From an uncultured Candidatus Binatia bacterium (GTDB lineage: Bacteria > Desulfobacterota > Binatia > Bin18), in NCBI GenBank assembly GCA_965200965.1, contig OZ241744.1, forward strand, positions 1,056,001 through 1,120,000: 64,000 nt of DNA. The letters are read 5' to 3'. Below are positions 30,453-39,912 of this stretch, one piece after another (within the stretch, counting starts at the first letter, position 1; each line of letters begins with the position of its first letter). The notes beneath the pieces were generated by a model. It did not search any database. It had not been told where the DNA came from and saw nothing but the letters and a program-made list of their open reading frames with translations. The translations under genes were made by a program, and so were the position numbers.

Positions 30453-31936
30453 TTATCGGGGAAGCCGCGCCGCGATGGTGGTGAACTGCTCCAGGGCGGC
30501 TTCGAGCTCGGTGGCGATTTCGGCGGCTATGCGCCCGGGCGACGGCAGGGACTCGCTGTCGGTCAGGCTGTTGTCCTTGATCCAGAACAGGTCAAGGCTC
30601 AGCTTGTCGCGGGTGAGCAGCTCGGCATAGTCGTAGCAACGCCAGCGGCCGTCCGGGCTGGCCTCGCTCCAGGTAGGGGTGCGCTGGTGGGTTCGGCCGG
30701 GCTTGTAGCAGGCCACGAAGTCGTCAAAGTCCCGGCGTTGGAGCGGTTTCTGCTTGAGCGTAAAATGGCAGTTGGTGCGTAGATCGTAGACCCACAGCCG
30801 GTCGGTCCAGGCTTGGGCCCGGCCCTCTCCCTTGTCAAAAAAGAGCACATTGGCCTTGACCCCCGGCGAGTACCAGATGCCGGTCGGCAGGCGCAGCAGC
30901 GTATGGACACGGCATTGCTCCAGCAGGCTGCGGCGCACCTTCTCGCCGGCCCCGCCCTCGAACAGCACATTGTCAGGGACGACAACCGCGGCCCGGCCAT
31001 CAATTTTCAGCAGGGTATAGATGTGCTGGACAAAGTTGAGTTGCTTGTTGCTGGTTGAGGTCCAGAAATCTTCACGGACGACCACCTGCTCTTCTTTCTC
31101 GGTGTCGCCCTCTTCGTTGACGAACAGCAGACTTTGTTTCTTGCCAAAGGGCGGGTTGCCAGGACCATTGCATACTCGCGCTTCCAGGCCGCGGCCAAGC
31201 TGTCGTGTCCGGTGTGAACGACCACCTTATCGCCGCCGATGTTGTGCAGATGGACATTCATCGCGCACATGCGGCCTACCTTGGGGGACAGCTCCATGCC
31301 CTCAACGAGGTCTTCTTGCAGGCCGCGGAGTTCATCCCGGTCCAACTCGCTTCCGTGGCGATCGAGCACATACTGATAGGCGTGGCACAGAAAGCCGCCG
31401 GTTCCGGCCGCGGGGTCGCAGATGGTGTCTTCGGGCGTCGGCTGCATGACCTCGCATATGGCCTGGATCACGGGCCGGGGGGTGAAATACTGCCCTGCCC
31501 CGCGCGATGACTCCTGGGCTGAGCGCGCCAGGAGTTCCTCATAGATCGTGCCTTTCACATCGACCGGCAGGGACAGCCAGTCCACCCGGTCCAGCAGATT
31601 AAGGATGAGCTGTTTGAGCAGCGCGGGGTTGTGGATCTCGCACCGTGACCCCTTGAAGACCACGCCGAGCATGCCCGGTTTGCTCCCCAGCTTTTCCAGG
31701 TTGGCACGGTACTGCGCTTCGAGGGCCGCCCCATCGAGCGGCAGGAGCACCTTCCAGCCCAACTCCGGCGGCACGATGGGAGCGCGCGCATAGGGCGGCT
31801 CGGTCAGCTGGTCAGCCATTTTGAGGAACAGCAGCAGGGTCAGTTGCTCAACATACTCGAAGCACGACAGCCCGGCGTCCCGCAAGACGCCGGCGTAACT
31901 CCAGGCCCGTTTGCCGATGTGCGAAGCGTCCATCAT
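30453..31936 (-). pseudogene. hsdM: Type I RM methyltransferase subunit, 1-nt frameshift at the catalytic motif
   Basis: The N-terminal part has GAGQYFTPR and DPAAGTGGF. At about 31158, CTG GC AAC CCG CCC TTT GGC AAG lacks one base before NPPFGK. The C-terminal half (NKQLNF, VVPDNVLFEGG) is in a different frame. Confidence 0.9.
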
Positions 31937-32054
31937 CTGTTGAGTTCCATGACCGTCTTCCTGCTGCGTAGTCGGTTTCGTTACCATGCGCCCTCTCGCG
32001 TCCACCCGCAAGGCTCTAGCCTGCTTGCCTGTCAAGCTGAGCCTCTGCCACACT

Positions 32055-32083
32055 TTGACACCGAGAGCGTAGAGGTCTATATC
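32055..32083 (+). promoter_or_regulatory. Sigma70-type promoter for the NYN gene
   Basis: TTGACA (32055-32060), 17-nt spacer, TATATC (32078-32083). Confidence 0.65.
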
Positions 32084-32093
32084 TTCTGCTGGT

Positions 32094-32147
32094 GCCCGTG
32101 CGCCGCTGTTTATGCTCCCCAGCGTTCGTTCTGGATGCCGGGCTTTT
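32094..32147 (+). ncRNA. Putative structured leader/small RNA upstream of the NYN gene
   Basis: Outer stem GCCCG/CGGGC, inner stem CGCTG/CAGCG, ending in TTTT; lies between the promoter and the GGAGG RBS. Confidence 0.35.
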
Positions 32148-32163
32148 CATGGGGAGGTCGCTA

Positions 32164-32772
32164 GTGGACAGGTCAGTTGTCTTTCTTGATGGTGGATATA
32201 TTGATGCTCTCCTCAAAGAGCACTTCAATGGGCAAAGAATTAATTATGAGGATTTCGTCTCGAAAATAGCGGCGGGTTCGAGCGTTGTGCGCACTTACTA
32301 CTACCATTGTCCCCCCTACCAGAGTGACCAGCCTACCGAGGAGGAGCGAGAAATGTTGTCACGAAAGAAGAAATTTTTCGATGTCCTCTCTGAATTCAGC
32401 CGCTTCCAACTGCGTCTGGGAAAGCTGGAGAAGCGGGATGAAAAGGCAGATGACAGTCCCGTCTTTGTTCAGAAGCGGGTTGACATTATGCTGGCAATTG
32501 ACATGGTGCGGCTTGCGATGACCCGTCAGATTCAGCGAGCCATTCTCGTAACTGGAGACAGCGACCTGCTGCCAGCGGTTGAAGCAACGAAACAGCTTGG
32601 CGTTGTGGTTTCACTTTGGCACGGTCCTCGTGGAGGCCAAGCCAACACTGTCCATAGAGATCTCTGGGATGCGTGCGATGATCGGGAGGAAATCAAACAG
32701 AGCTTGATCGACTCGGTGCGCCTCCAAACGGACATCCACGCCGATAGACGGACATCCGCGCCGATAGCCTGA
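32164..32772 (+). CDS. NYN/LabA ribonuclease domain protein inserted antisense in the hsd operon
   Basis: VFLDGGY, QKRVDIMLAID and LVTGDSDL motifs. GGAGG RBS then GTG at 32164. Confidence 0.9.
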   Translation: MDRSVVFLDGGYIDALLKEHFNGQRINYEDFVSKIAAGSSVVRTYYYHCPPYQSDQPTEEEREMLSRKKKFFDVLSEFSRFQLRLGKLEKRDEKADDSPVFVQKRVDIMLAIDMVRLAMTRQIQRAILVTGDSDLLPAVEATKQLGVVVSLWHGPRGGQANTVHRDLWDACDDREEIKQSLIDSVRLQTDIHADRRTSAPIA

Positions 32773-32789
32773 GTTCGTTGCATCACAGT

Positions 32790-34274
32790 TCAGACACGCC
32801 GGCGGGCTTTCCGCTCCGCGGCAATGCGCTTCAGCAGTGCCGACGCCGGCTCGTCATGCGGGTCGTGGGTGACAAGTTTGCCGCTGAAGGCGTGGCGCAG
32901 GATTGACTGGCGCAGGTGCTGCGCCGCCTTCAGCTTGGCGTCAATATCGGCCTCTAGCCGCTCCACAACCGAAAGCTGCTCTTCGACAATGGCTACTTGG
33001 GCTACTTGTTCGCTCATCGAAGGAAGTGACAGCGGCAGCCTTTTAATTTTGCTTATACTGAGCGTGTAAAGACCGCTCGTAGAACTCGCCACATTTTGAA
33101 TGGCGAGCTGTCCTGTAGGCGAGTTCAGAAAGTATCCACCATACTTCGGAATCAGGCCGTCGGCTGGGCGAACCCGAATAATGTGGTTCTGATGAATACA
33201 GTCCGGGACTTCGCCCAGCCACAATGCGCATCTGCCAATCTCAGTCCGGCTCCCATTGCCCTCCACGATAAGAATATCACCCGGATCGAGCCGAAGTTTC
33301 TCCAACTCATCCGGTGTCAACTCGAAGCGGTGTAAATTCGAGAGATCGAGCGATCCTCGATGAACGTTAGCAACTCGAAGGTAAGGATAATGATTCCTCC
33401 TAGGCGCACGAGCAGGAGATTTCTGGAGCCCTCCTTGTATGTCCCCAAGCTGATCTACCGTCGCCCAGCACTGCCCCGCCGGCAGCGGGGGCAGGCTTGC
33501 CGTATCCGGGGCCACCGGCTCTTTGTACTTGGCCTGCCAGTACTTGGGCGGCGTTTTGCCTTTTTCCGCAAATGTACGGAGCTGGTCTTGCTCCCAGCGA
33601 CGGCGGCGTTCAATGAGGGTGCGCTTGAGCAGTGCGCTGGCCGGCTCGGCGTCTGGGTGCTGCTCGCGCCAGTCCGCGGTGAGCGCGCCTTCGACCGCGG
33701 CCTTGAGCACCGAAGCGCGATAGCGTGTGAGCTTGTCGCGCGCGCGTTCCAGGGCGGCAACGCCGGTGTTGAGGCCAGCAAAGAGTTCGTCCAGGGTGTC
33801 GGCTATGCGGCGTTGTTCTGATTTTGGTGGCAGAGAAAAAGCAAACTGGCTGATCTGACTGAAATCCACACGCGGGCGATCACCTCTGCTGAGGCGGCTT
33901 GCAAAATGAACAAAATCGCTGGCATTGAGACGATACTTCAAGAACTTTCCAGATACAGCGCTCGTCTCGGGCATCACGATGAACTCACCGGAACATAACC
34001 CTCCGAAATCAGGCTGATAGACTTTGTTCAGATATGATCCAAGACGACCATAGAGCACATCTCCAACTCGGAAAACATTGGCGCTACTCTTCATCAAACC
34101 CGCTGGAGTCGTTCCAAGCAGTTTCGTGGTGTGCGCTTCAATGTGTTGCAATCCGATAAACTTGGCGCTTGGCGTAGCATGGGGGTCAGCCTTTCCTGTT
34201 CTCGGTTTGACAATTTCCCCAAGCGTCGTTTCCACCCATCCGGCCGGCAGGCGTTGTTGGTCTAGGTCGTTCAC
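32790..34274 (-). CDS. hsdS: Type I RM specificity subunit
   Basis: LPAGW...TLGEI, LPPKSEQRRI, a second TRD, and LRQSILRHAFSGKL...DEPASALL conserved regions. Confidence 0.92.
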   Translation of the reverse strand: MNDLDQQRLPAGWVETTLGEIVKPRTGKADPHATPSAKFIGLQHIEAHTTKLLGTTPAGLMKSSANVFRVGDVLYGRLGSYLNKVYQPDFGGLCSGEFIVMPETSAVSGKFLKYRLNASDFVHFASRLSRGDRPRVDFSQISQFAFSLPPKSEQRRIADTLDELFAGLNTGVAALERARDKLTRYRASVLKAAVEGALTADWREQHPDAEPASALLKRTLIERRRRWEQDQLRTFAEKGKTPPKYWQAKYKEPVAPDTASLPPLPAGQCWATVDQLGDIQGGLQKSPARAPRRNHYPYLRVANVHRGSLDLSNLHRFELTPDELEKLRLDPGDILIVEGNGSRTEIGRCALWLGEVPDCIHQNHIIRVRPADGLIPKYGGYFLNSPTGQLAIQNVASSTSGLYTLSISKIKRLPLSLPSMSEQVAQVAIVEEQLSVVERLEADIDAKLKAAQHLRQSILRHAFSGKLVTHDPHDEPASALLKRIAAERKARRRV

Positions 34275-34299
34275 GCTGCCAGCCTCTCAGTCCATTCCG

Positions 34300-34419
34300 C
34301 TAGGAGCGGTTGGGGAATACATCAATGTCACGGCATTGCAGGAGCCGGGTGTCTGCTGTCACCAGCGTGAGGCCGAAGACCTTGGCGCTCGCGGCAATAA
34401 ATCGGTCCGCCGGGTAGTG
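34300..34419 (-). pseudogene. C-terminal remnant of a VapC/PIN toxin
   Basis: Manual translation HYPADRFIAASAKVFGLTLVTADTRLL...PNRS*; the N-terminal portion is deleted. Confidence 0.75.
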
Positions 34420-34649
34420 AGCGCTTCCCAGTCGGCAGGGTCGGTGACGGGAGCGATGAGGTCGCCGTGGAGCTTGGCAGAGTCCTTCATGGCGTCGAGC
34501 CAGATCCCCGTCGGACTCGGCGGTGGAGGAAGGATGCGGGCGACCGGTTTGGCAAACCGGGTCACCGGTACCGGCTTGCGCGTTTTTGCTACTTGGTCAA
34601 GAACAGACAGGCAGGTCGCCTTGAACTTGGCTATCTGAATTTCTTGCAT
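34359..34649 (-). CDS. Phd/YefM family antitoxin (stop lost, reads into the toxin remnant)
   Basis: MQEIQIAKFKATCLSVLDQVAKTRKPVPVTRFAKPVARILP. Confidence 0.8.
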   Translation of the reverse strand: MQEIQIAKFKATCLSVLDQVAKTRKPVPVTRFAKPVARILPPPPSPTGIWLDAMKDSAKLHGDLIAPVTDPADWEALTTRRTDLLPRAPRSSASRW

Positions 34650-34771
34650 ACAGGCAATGTACCACGGCCTGAGACGATAGGCCACGATGTTGATACCTCC
34701 GTTACGCTCGCTCAGTTCCCCCCGAAGGTCGTCGTCCGCCATGACTTGGCAGTGTGCGCCAGCCGCCTTAC

Positions 34772-37612
34772 TTACGCTGCCAGCCTCTCATTGAGTTCGG
34801 CCAGGAGCGGCGTGAGGGTGTCGCCGAACAGGGCGTGGGCACGGCCCAGGCTGCCCTGTTGGCCAAACCAGCCGGTCTCAAAGTCGGCCGGCTCTATAGC
34901 CAGGCTGCTGGCGATGTGCTCGGCTATGCGGTCGAGCCAGGCGTGCTGCTCGGGGCTGAAGGCGGTGGCGGCCTCGCGCTCGGCGAGCCAGGCGCGGTAG
35001 CGCTCCCGCAGCTCATCACGGTAGGGCACAAGCGTCAGGGTCGGAAGCAGGGCGTGGCGCACCAGGCTTACCAGGTCGGCCAGTTGATCGCCGCCCCTGC
35101 CCTTGACCGCGCCCGGCTCTGCGGTCTCAAAGGCGTGCCAGAGTTGGGCCGGGGTAGCGGACAGGGGTGGGCGGGCCAGGGCGTCCCGGAGCTGGCGCAG
35201 GTCTTTGAGGGATAGCCCGAGCGGGCGGCTGCCGGCGCACAGGGCTTGCAGGGCGGTGAGTTCGTCCTTGTGCCCGTCAATCCAGGCGCGGAAGTCCTGC
35301 ACCTTGGTGCGCGCTTTTTCCACAGCGGCGGCGTCAAAGCCGGCCGACAGCACGGCGTCGATGGTGTGGCGGTCAATGGTCTGCTCGTTGTGCTGCTGGA
35401 TTTCCAGCAGGCGGCGGCGGAAGGCCGGCTTGAGAAACGGCGTGACCGCGGCACGCGCGAGTTGGCTGGCCGCCTGGTCAATCTGCTGTTGTCGTGGTTC
35501 ATCAAGCGTGAACTGCGCTTTGGCGGCCGCAATCTGCGCGTCAGGGTCGCAGGCGTTCAGCAGCTCACGCGCCAGCGTGGGCAGGGATGTACCGGCGGCG
35601 AGCGTCTGGAGTTCGGCCAGTTGGTCCGGGCTGAACTGATGCTGGAGGCGGGCCAGCCGGCCGGCCAGGGTGATGAGGGCGTCCGGGTTTGTGCCGCCCC
35701 GGGCGATATAGTCAAGAAGCTGCTTCAGGCTCCTGCTATGCCGGCGGTTGAGCGGGCGGGATTCATTCCGATCCTGCTCGCACACGCCCACCGCATCCAC
35801 GATGATAAAGCGATCCTTGACCCGGGCACTGGGACTGACGGCCCGCAGCTTGTCGGGCGAGATGACGCGCACCCCACGGCCCTTCATCTGCTCAAAGAAG
35901 CCCGCGGACCTGACGTTGCGCATGAAGAACACGCACTCAATCGGCTTGACATCGGTGCCGGTCGAGATCATGTCTACGGTAACGGCAATACGCGGATGAA
36001 AAGTGTTGCGGAAGTTGGCCAGGATTTCGTCTGGGCTGAGTTCGGAGGTGCGTTTCCATTCCAGGACTTCGGACTGGGTGCCGTCGTCATGTTGCACCGT
36101 CGAGACGATCTTGGTGAAGCCGGTGCGGTAGGTGATCTTGCGGCAAAAGGCGTTGCCCTCGGCAAAGACCTCGCGGACTATCCGCACAATGTCGTCGGCA
36201 TGGGAGTCGTCTTTGGCAAAAATCAGGGTTTTGGGCACTTCCCGACGGTCGGGGAAGGCCTCGGGCAGCACGGCATCACGGAACTGCTGCAATACGGTGC
36301 GGAGTTGACTTTCTGAGACCACGTCGCGGTCGAGCTGCTTGGCGGTATAGGTCAGGTCGTCGCTAAGCCATTCCAGCCGCTCTTTACGCGTCAGCTTGTC
36401 GCGTTTGTCCACATACACGCCGGTGTCGTCCGCAGCGACAGTCGCCCCCTGCTCTGTCACCCTGGTGCGGATGCGGTATACGTCAAAGTCCACGTTCACC
36501 CCGTCAATCACGGCCTCGTCATGGCCGTAGTGCATGACCAGATTCTGCTTGAAGAAACCGATGGTCCGGCTGGCCGGTGTGGCCGTCAGGCCAACCAGAA
36601 AAGCGTCAAAGTACAGCAGCACTTGGCTCCACAGTTCGTAGATGGAGCGGTGACACTCGTCCACAATAATACAGTCAAAGAACTCGGGCGGGAGGGCGGC
36701 GTTATACTGCACATCGGGCGGCTCCTGCCGCCAAGCCGGCCCGGCCTCAAACGCCGAGCCTTCTTCATTGTCGGCGGCGTACTCGGCCTCACCCTTGAGC
36801 ATAGAGTAGAGCCGCTGGATGGTGGTAATGACCACCTTGGCCGCGGGGTTGACTGCGTTGGTCGTCAGCCGCTGGACGGTGTACAGTTCTGGGAATGTGC
36901 GGGCGTCGTCCGGCGGCTGGAAGTTGGCGAACTCGTCGTAGGTCTGGCGGCCCAGGTTGCTGCGGTCCACCAGGAACAGCACCCGCTTTGCCCCGGCGTA
37001 TGTCAGCAGCCGGTAGACGACATTGACCGCGGTATAGGTCTTGCCCGAGCCGGTCGCCATCTGGATCAGGGCACGCGGGGCGGCGGCGGCAAAGGACTGT
37101 TCAAGATTGCGGATAGCGCGGGCCTGGACCGGCCACAGCCTGGAGTCGTCCAGTGCCGGCAGCTCTCGGAGCCGCTCCCGGAGCTGGATGGGATGGGCGA
37201 GGAGCTCGGCCAGGGTTTCGGGCCGGGGGAAGTTGAAAACCTCACGGCTGCGCGGAGCCGGATCAAGCCCGTTGGTGAAGTACGTCACCGCGCCGTTGGA
37301 CTCGAACAGGAAGGGCAAGGGCCGGCTGTAGCTCGGCAGGTCTTCATGGACACCGACGGCATACTTCTCGGATTGGGCCTCTACGCCGCTCAGCGTCCCG
37401 GTGGCCTTGGCTTCAACCGCCCCGGCGGCTTGGCAGTCGAGATAGAGCAGGTAGTCTGCCGTGCCAAAGCCCGGCTTCATGGGAAACTCGCGCACAGCAA
37501 TGCCGCGGCCGGCACTCGGGTCAAGGGCGTCTATGTCCTGCACCAGCCAGCCGGCGTCCCGCAGCGCGGCGTCAATATCACGTCGCACCTGTTGTTCGGG
37601 TATCTGGCTCAC
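34772..37612 (-). CDS. hsdR: Type I RM restriction subunit (EcoEI-like C-terminus)
   Basis: ADYLL...VEAK nuclease motif, MATGSGKT, DECHR, GLTATP, TGTDV and QMKGRG helicase motifs. Confidence 0.93.
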   Translation of the reverse strand: MSQIPEQQVRRDIDAALRDAGWLVQDIDALDPSAGRGIAVREFPMKPGFGTADYLLYLDCQAAGAVEAKATGTLSGVEAQSEKYAVGVHEDLPSYSRPLPFLFESNGAVTYFTNGLDPAPRSREVFNFPRPETLAELLAHPIQLRERLRELPALDDSRLWPVQARAIRNLEQSFAAAAPRALIQMATGSGKTYTAVNVVYRLLTYAGAKRVLFLVDRSNLGRQTYDEFANFQPPDDARTFPELYTVQRLTTNAVNPAAKVVITTIQRLYSMLKGEAEYAADNEEGSAFEAGPAWRQEPPDVQYNAALPPEFFDCIIVDECHRSIYELWSQVLLYFDAFLVGLTATPASRTIGFFKQNLVMHYGHDEAVIDGVNVDFDVYRIRTRVTEQGATVAADDTGVYVDKRDKLTRKERLEWLSDDLTYTAKQLDRDVVSESQLRTVLQQFRDAVLPEAFPDRREVPKTLIFAKDDSHADDIVRIVREVFAEGNAFCRKITYRTGFTKIVSTVQHDDGTQSEVLEWKRTSELSPDEILANFRNTFHPRIAVTVDMISTGTDVKPIECVFFMRNVRSAGFFEQMKGRGVRVISPDKLRAVSPSARVKDRFIIVDAVGVCEQDRNESRPLNRRHSRSLKQLLDYIARGGTNPDALITLAGRLARLQHQFSPDQLAELQTLAAGTSLPTLARELLNACDPDAQIAAAKAQFTLDEPRQQQIDQAASQLARAAVTPFLKPAFRRRLLEIQQHNEQTIDRHTIDAVLSAGFDAAAVEKARTKVQDFRAWIDGHKDELTALQALCAGSRPLGLSLKDLRQLRDALARPPLSATPAQLWHAFETAEPGAVKGRGGDQLADLVSLVRHALLPTLTLVPYRDELRERYRAWLAEREAATAFSPEQHAWLDRIAEHIASSLAIEPADFETGWFGQQGSLGRAHALFGDTLTPLLAELNERLAA

Positions 37613-38442
37613 CGAGGAGTGGATGTGTCGCCCTCCTCTCGACCGGATGACACATTCACTCCTTCGAGAAAATCGGCCACCGCCTCCACAAAGGCCTCCG
37701 GTTGTTCATACGGCAGCATATGGCCGGCGGCCTCAATACACATCTTTTGGGCGTGGGGGATGTGGGCCTGAAAGCGGTCGGCGTACACCGGCGGGATCAG
37801 GCGGTCGCCCGTCCCCCAGACGATCAGCGTTGGCGCACGCAGCCGGTACAGCCGCTTGGACAGCCGACGGTTGGGGATCGGGAACAGCAGCTTGCTGGCC
37901 GTGCCCATCCGCCGGGTGTTGCCGATGTAGAACTCTTTGAGCGCCTCGGGGTCGCTGAGGTCAAGCCCGCCGGTCAGCATGGCCTCGCCGGCCGCCCGGT
38001 CGTGAAACAAATACCGGGCGTACTCGTGGGGCAGGAAGGAGAACAGGTCGGGAATCGGGTACTCAGCGATCCACAGGCCGGCCGCAGCCACCAGGATCAG
38101 TTTGTCCAGGTCGTTCGGTGCCACACAGGCCATCTCGGCGGCGATCATACCGCCCATTGAGTGGCCGAGCAGGTGGGGCCGGGACAAGTCCAGCGCACCC
38201 ACCACGTCCCAGCTGTGCAGGGCAAAGTCTTGCATATCCTCCAGTGCCTCTTCGCCACTCGACTCGCCAAAGCCGGGCAGCTCGGGGGCAAAGACCTGAT
38301 AGCGCTCGGCCAGGCGGTCCAGGAAAGGCTCTTGGCCGAACAGGCCGCCAGCCCCGTGCAAAAAGACCAGCGGTGCGCCTCGGCCGGCCTCAAAGACCCG
38401 CACCCTGACCCCGGGCCGGGTCTCAATCATCCGGCTGTTCAC
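37609..38442 (-). CDS. Alpha/beta hydrolase
   Basis: FLHGAGG, GHSMGG and AGHM motifs; coupled to the upstream LLM gene. Confidence 0.9.
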   Translation of the reverse strand: MNSRMIETRPGVRVRVFEAGRGAPLVFLHGAGGLFGQEPFLDRLAERYQVFAPELPGFGESSGEEALEDMQDFALHSWDVVGALDLSRPHLLGHSMGGMIAAEMACVAPNDLDKLILVAAAGLWIAEYPIPDLFSFLPHEYARYLFHDRAAGEAMLTGGLDLSDPEALKEFYIGNTRRMGTASKLLFPIPNRRLSKRLYRLRAPTLIVWGTGDRLIPPVYADRFQAHIPHAQKMCIEAAGHMLPYEQPEAFVEAVADFLEGVNVSSGREEGDTSTPR

Positions 38443-39701
38443 AGCGGAATCCTCCCGTTTTCGCGCGCTTTTTCAACAGTGGTCTCAGGCTCCAGGCGCT
38501 CAACCATTGGTTTGCACCACCAGCGCGTGTCATCCTTCCAGTCCGGCCACAGTTCGCGCAGATGGGGCATGACCTGCTCGGCAAAGAGTTGTGTGGAATA
38601 GCGCGTCTTCCAGTCCGGCATATTGCCAATGTGGATCAGACAGAACACATGGCCGACATGCAAGCCCTTGATCATCGCTTCCATGCGCTCGCGCACCGTG
38701 GCCGGGCTGCCGGCAATGACATAGCCCTCGTCAAGCAACTGCTTCCAGGTCAGGGTCGGAAAGGTCTTCTGCATGTCCTCGCTCAGGGCGTTCAGCACAT
38801 TGGCCTTGATGGTCTTCACCGTCCGATAGCCCGGGGCGTCGGCAAAGCCGTTGTAGACATGCAGGCAACGGTTGTAGAAATAGCTGACATGCTCGGCGTA
38901 CAGCTTTTCGGCCTCCCGATCGGTGTCGGCCACACACACAGTCTGGGCAAACGCCCCGCGGTAGGGCGACTCGTCTTTGCCGCGCGCCGCCACCCGATCC
39001 CAATAGCCGTCCATCAGCTGCTTGCCGCGCAAATAGCCGGTGAATGACAGGTAGGAGTAGTTGTAGTCGTTGTCCAGACAGAAGTCCCAGGTTTCGACCG
39101 AGCCGCCGCCGGGGATGTAGATCGGCGGGTGGGGCTGCTGGACCGGCTTGGGCCAGCAGTTGACCCAGCGCAGCTGGTTGTATTTGCCGTCAAAGGCGAA
39201 CGGCTCGTCTTCGGCCCAGGCACGCATGATGAGTTCGTGGGCCTCGGCATATTTGTCGCGGGTCAGGGACGGAATCTGGCCGTAGCAGTAGTTGGTGTCC
39301 ATTGAGGTGCCGACCGGAAAGCCGGCCAGCAGCCGGCCGCCTGAAAGTACATCCAGCATGGCGAACTCTTCGGCCACCCGGATCGGCGGGTTATAGAGGG
39401 CAATGGAATTGCCGATGACGGCCAGCGCAGCCTGCGAAGTCCGCCGGGCCAGGCCGGCGGCAATGATATTCGGCGAGGGCATCAGGCCATAGCCGTTCTG
39501 GTGGTGCTCATTGACGCCAATGCCGTCAAAGCCCAGCGAGTCGGCGTATTCGAGCTGGTCCATATACTCGTGATAGACAAAATGACCTTTCTTGGGGTCG
39601 TAGAGCGAGTTGGGCAGATCCACCCACACCGAGCGGTAGTCCTCGCGGAAATTATCGGGCAGATACGGCCACGGCATCAGATTGAACCAGGTGAACTTCA
39701 T
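38439..39701 (-). CDS. LLM-class flavin-dependent oxidoreductase
   Basis: GFDGIGVNEHH and PIRVAEEFAMLDVLSGGR motifs. AGGAGG RBS. Confidence 0.92.
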   Translation of the reverse strand: MKFTWFNLMPWPYLPDNFREDYRSVWVDLPNSLYDPKKGHFVYHEYMDQLEYADSLGFDGIGVNEHHQNGYGLMPSPNIIAAGLARRTSQAALAVIGNSIALYNPPIRVAEEFAMLDVLSGGRLLAGFPVGTSMDTNYCYGQIPSLTRDKYAEAHELIMRAWAEDEPFAFDGKYNQLRWVNCWPKPVQQPHPPIYIPGGGSVETWDFCLDNDYNYSYLSFTGYLRGKQLMDGYWDRVAARGKDESPYRGAFAQTVCVADTDREAEKLYAEHVSYFYNRCLHVYNGFADAPGYRTVKTIKANVLNALSEDMQKTFPTLTWKQLLDEGYVIAGSPATVRERMEAMIKGLHVGHVFCLIHIGNMPDWKTRYSTQLFAEQVMPHLRELWPDWKDDTRWWCKPMVERLEPETTVEKARENGRIPL

Positions 39702-39912
39702 AACCGACCTCCTCACGTTCATTACATTCATTGCACCCTGCTCCCCACCTTAGACGACCGTGACGCCCGTGAAAAGTCACCGGCCTCCCTGCCCGCCGGT
39801 TCATCAGTCACCGACTCCATATGAAGCCCACCGGCTTGCATCTCTGGCCACGGCCAGGCATATTTGTCACCCGGGGTGCTCAGGCACCGCGACCCGCGAC
39901 AAGGAGGGAAGC

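Larger units (their letters stand above)
34273..34790. repeat. 17-bp direct repeats flanking a roughly 0.5-kb toxin-antitoxin insert
   Basis: ACGCTGCCAGCCTCTCA at 34273-34289 and 34774-34790. It corresponds to the hsdR 3' end (ERLAA*). Confidence 0.85.

Noticed and set aside
31150-31165. Programmed ribosomal frameshift in hsdM
   Set aside because: No slippery heptamer or homopolymer at the site.
39770-39872. Recurring GTCACC hexamers in the LLM/cupin divergent region
   Set aside because: Short and irregularly spaced; compatible with chance in GC-rich DNA.
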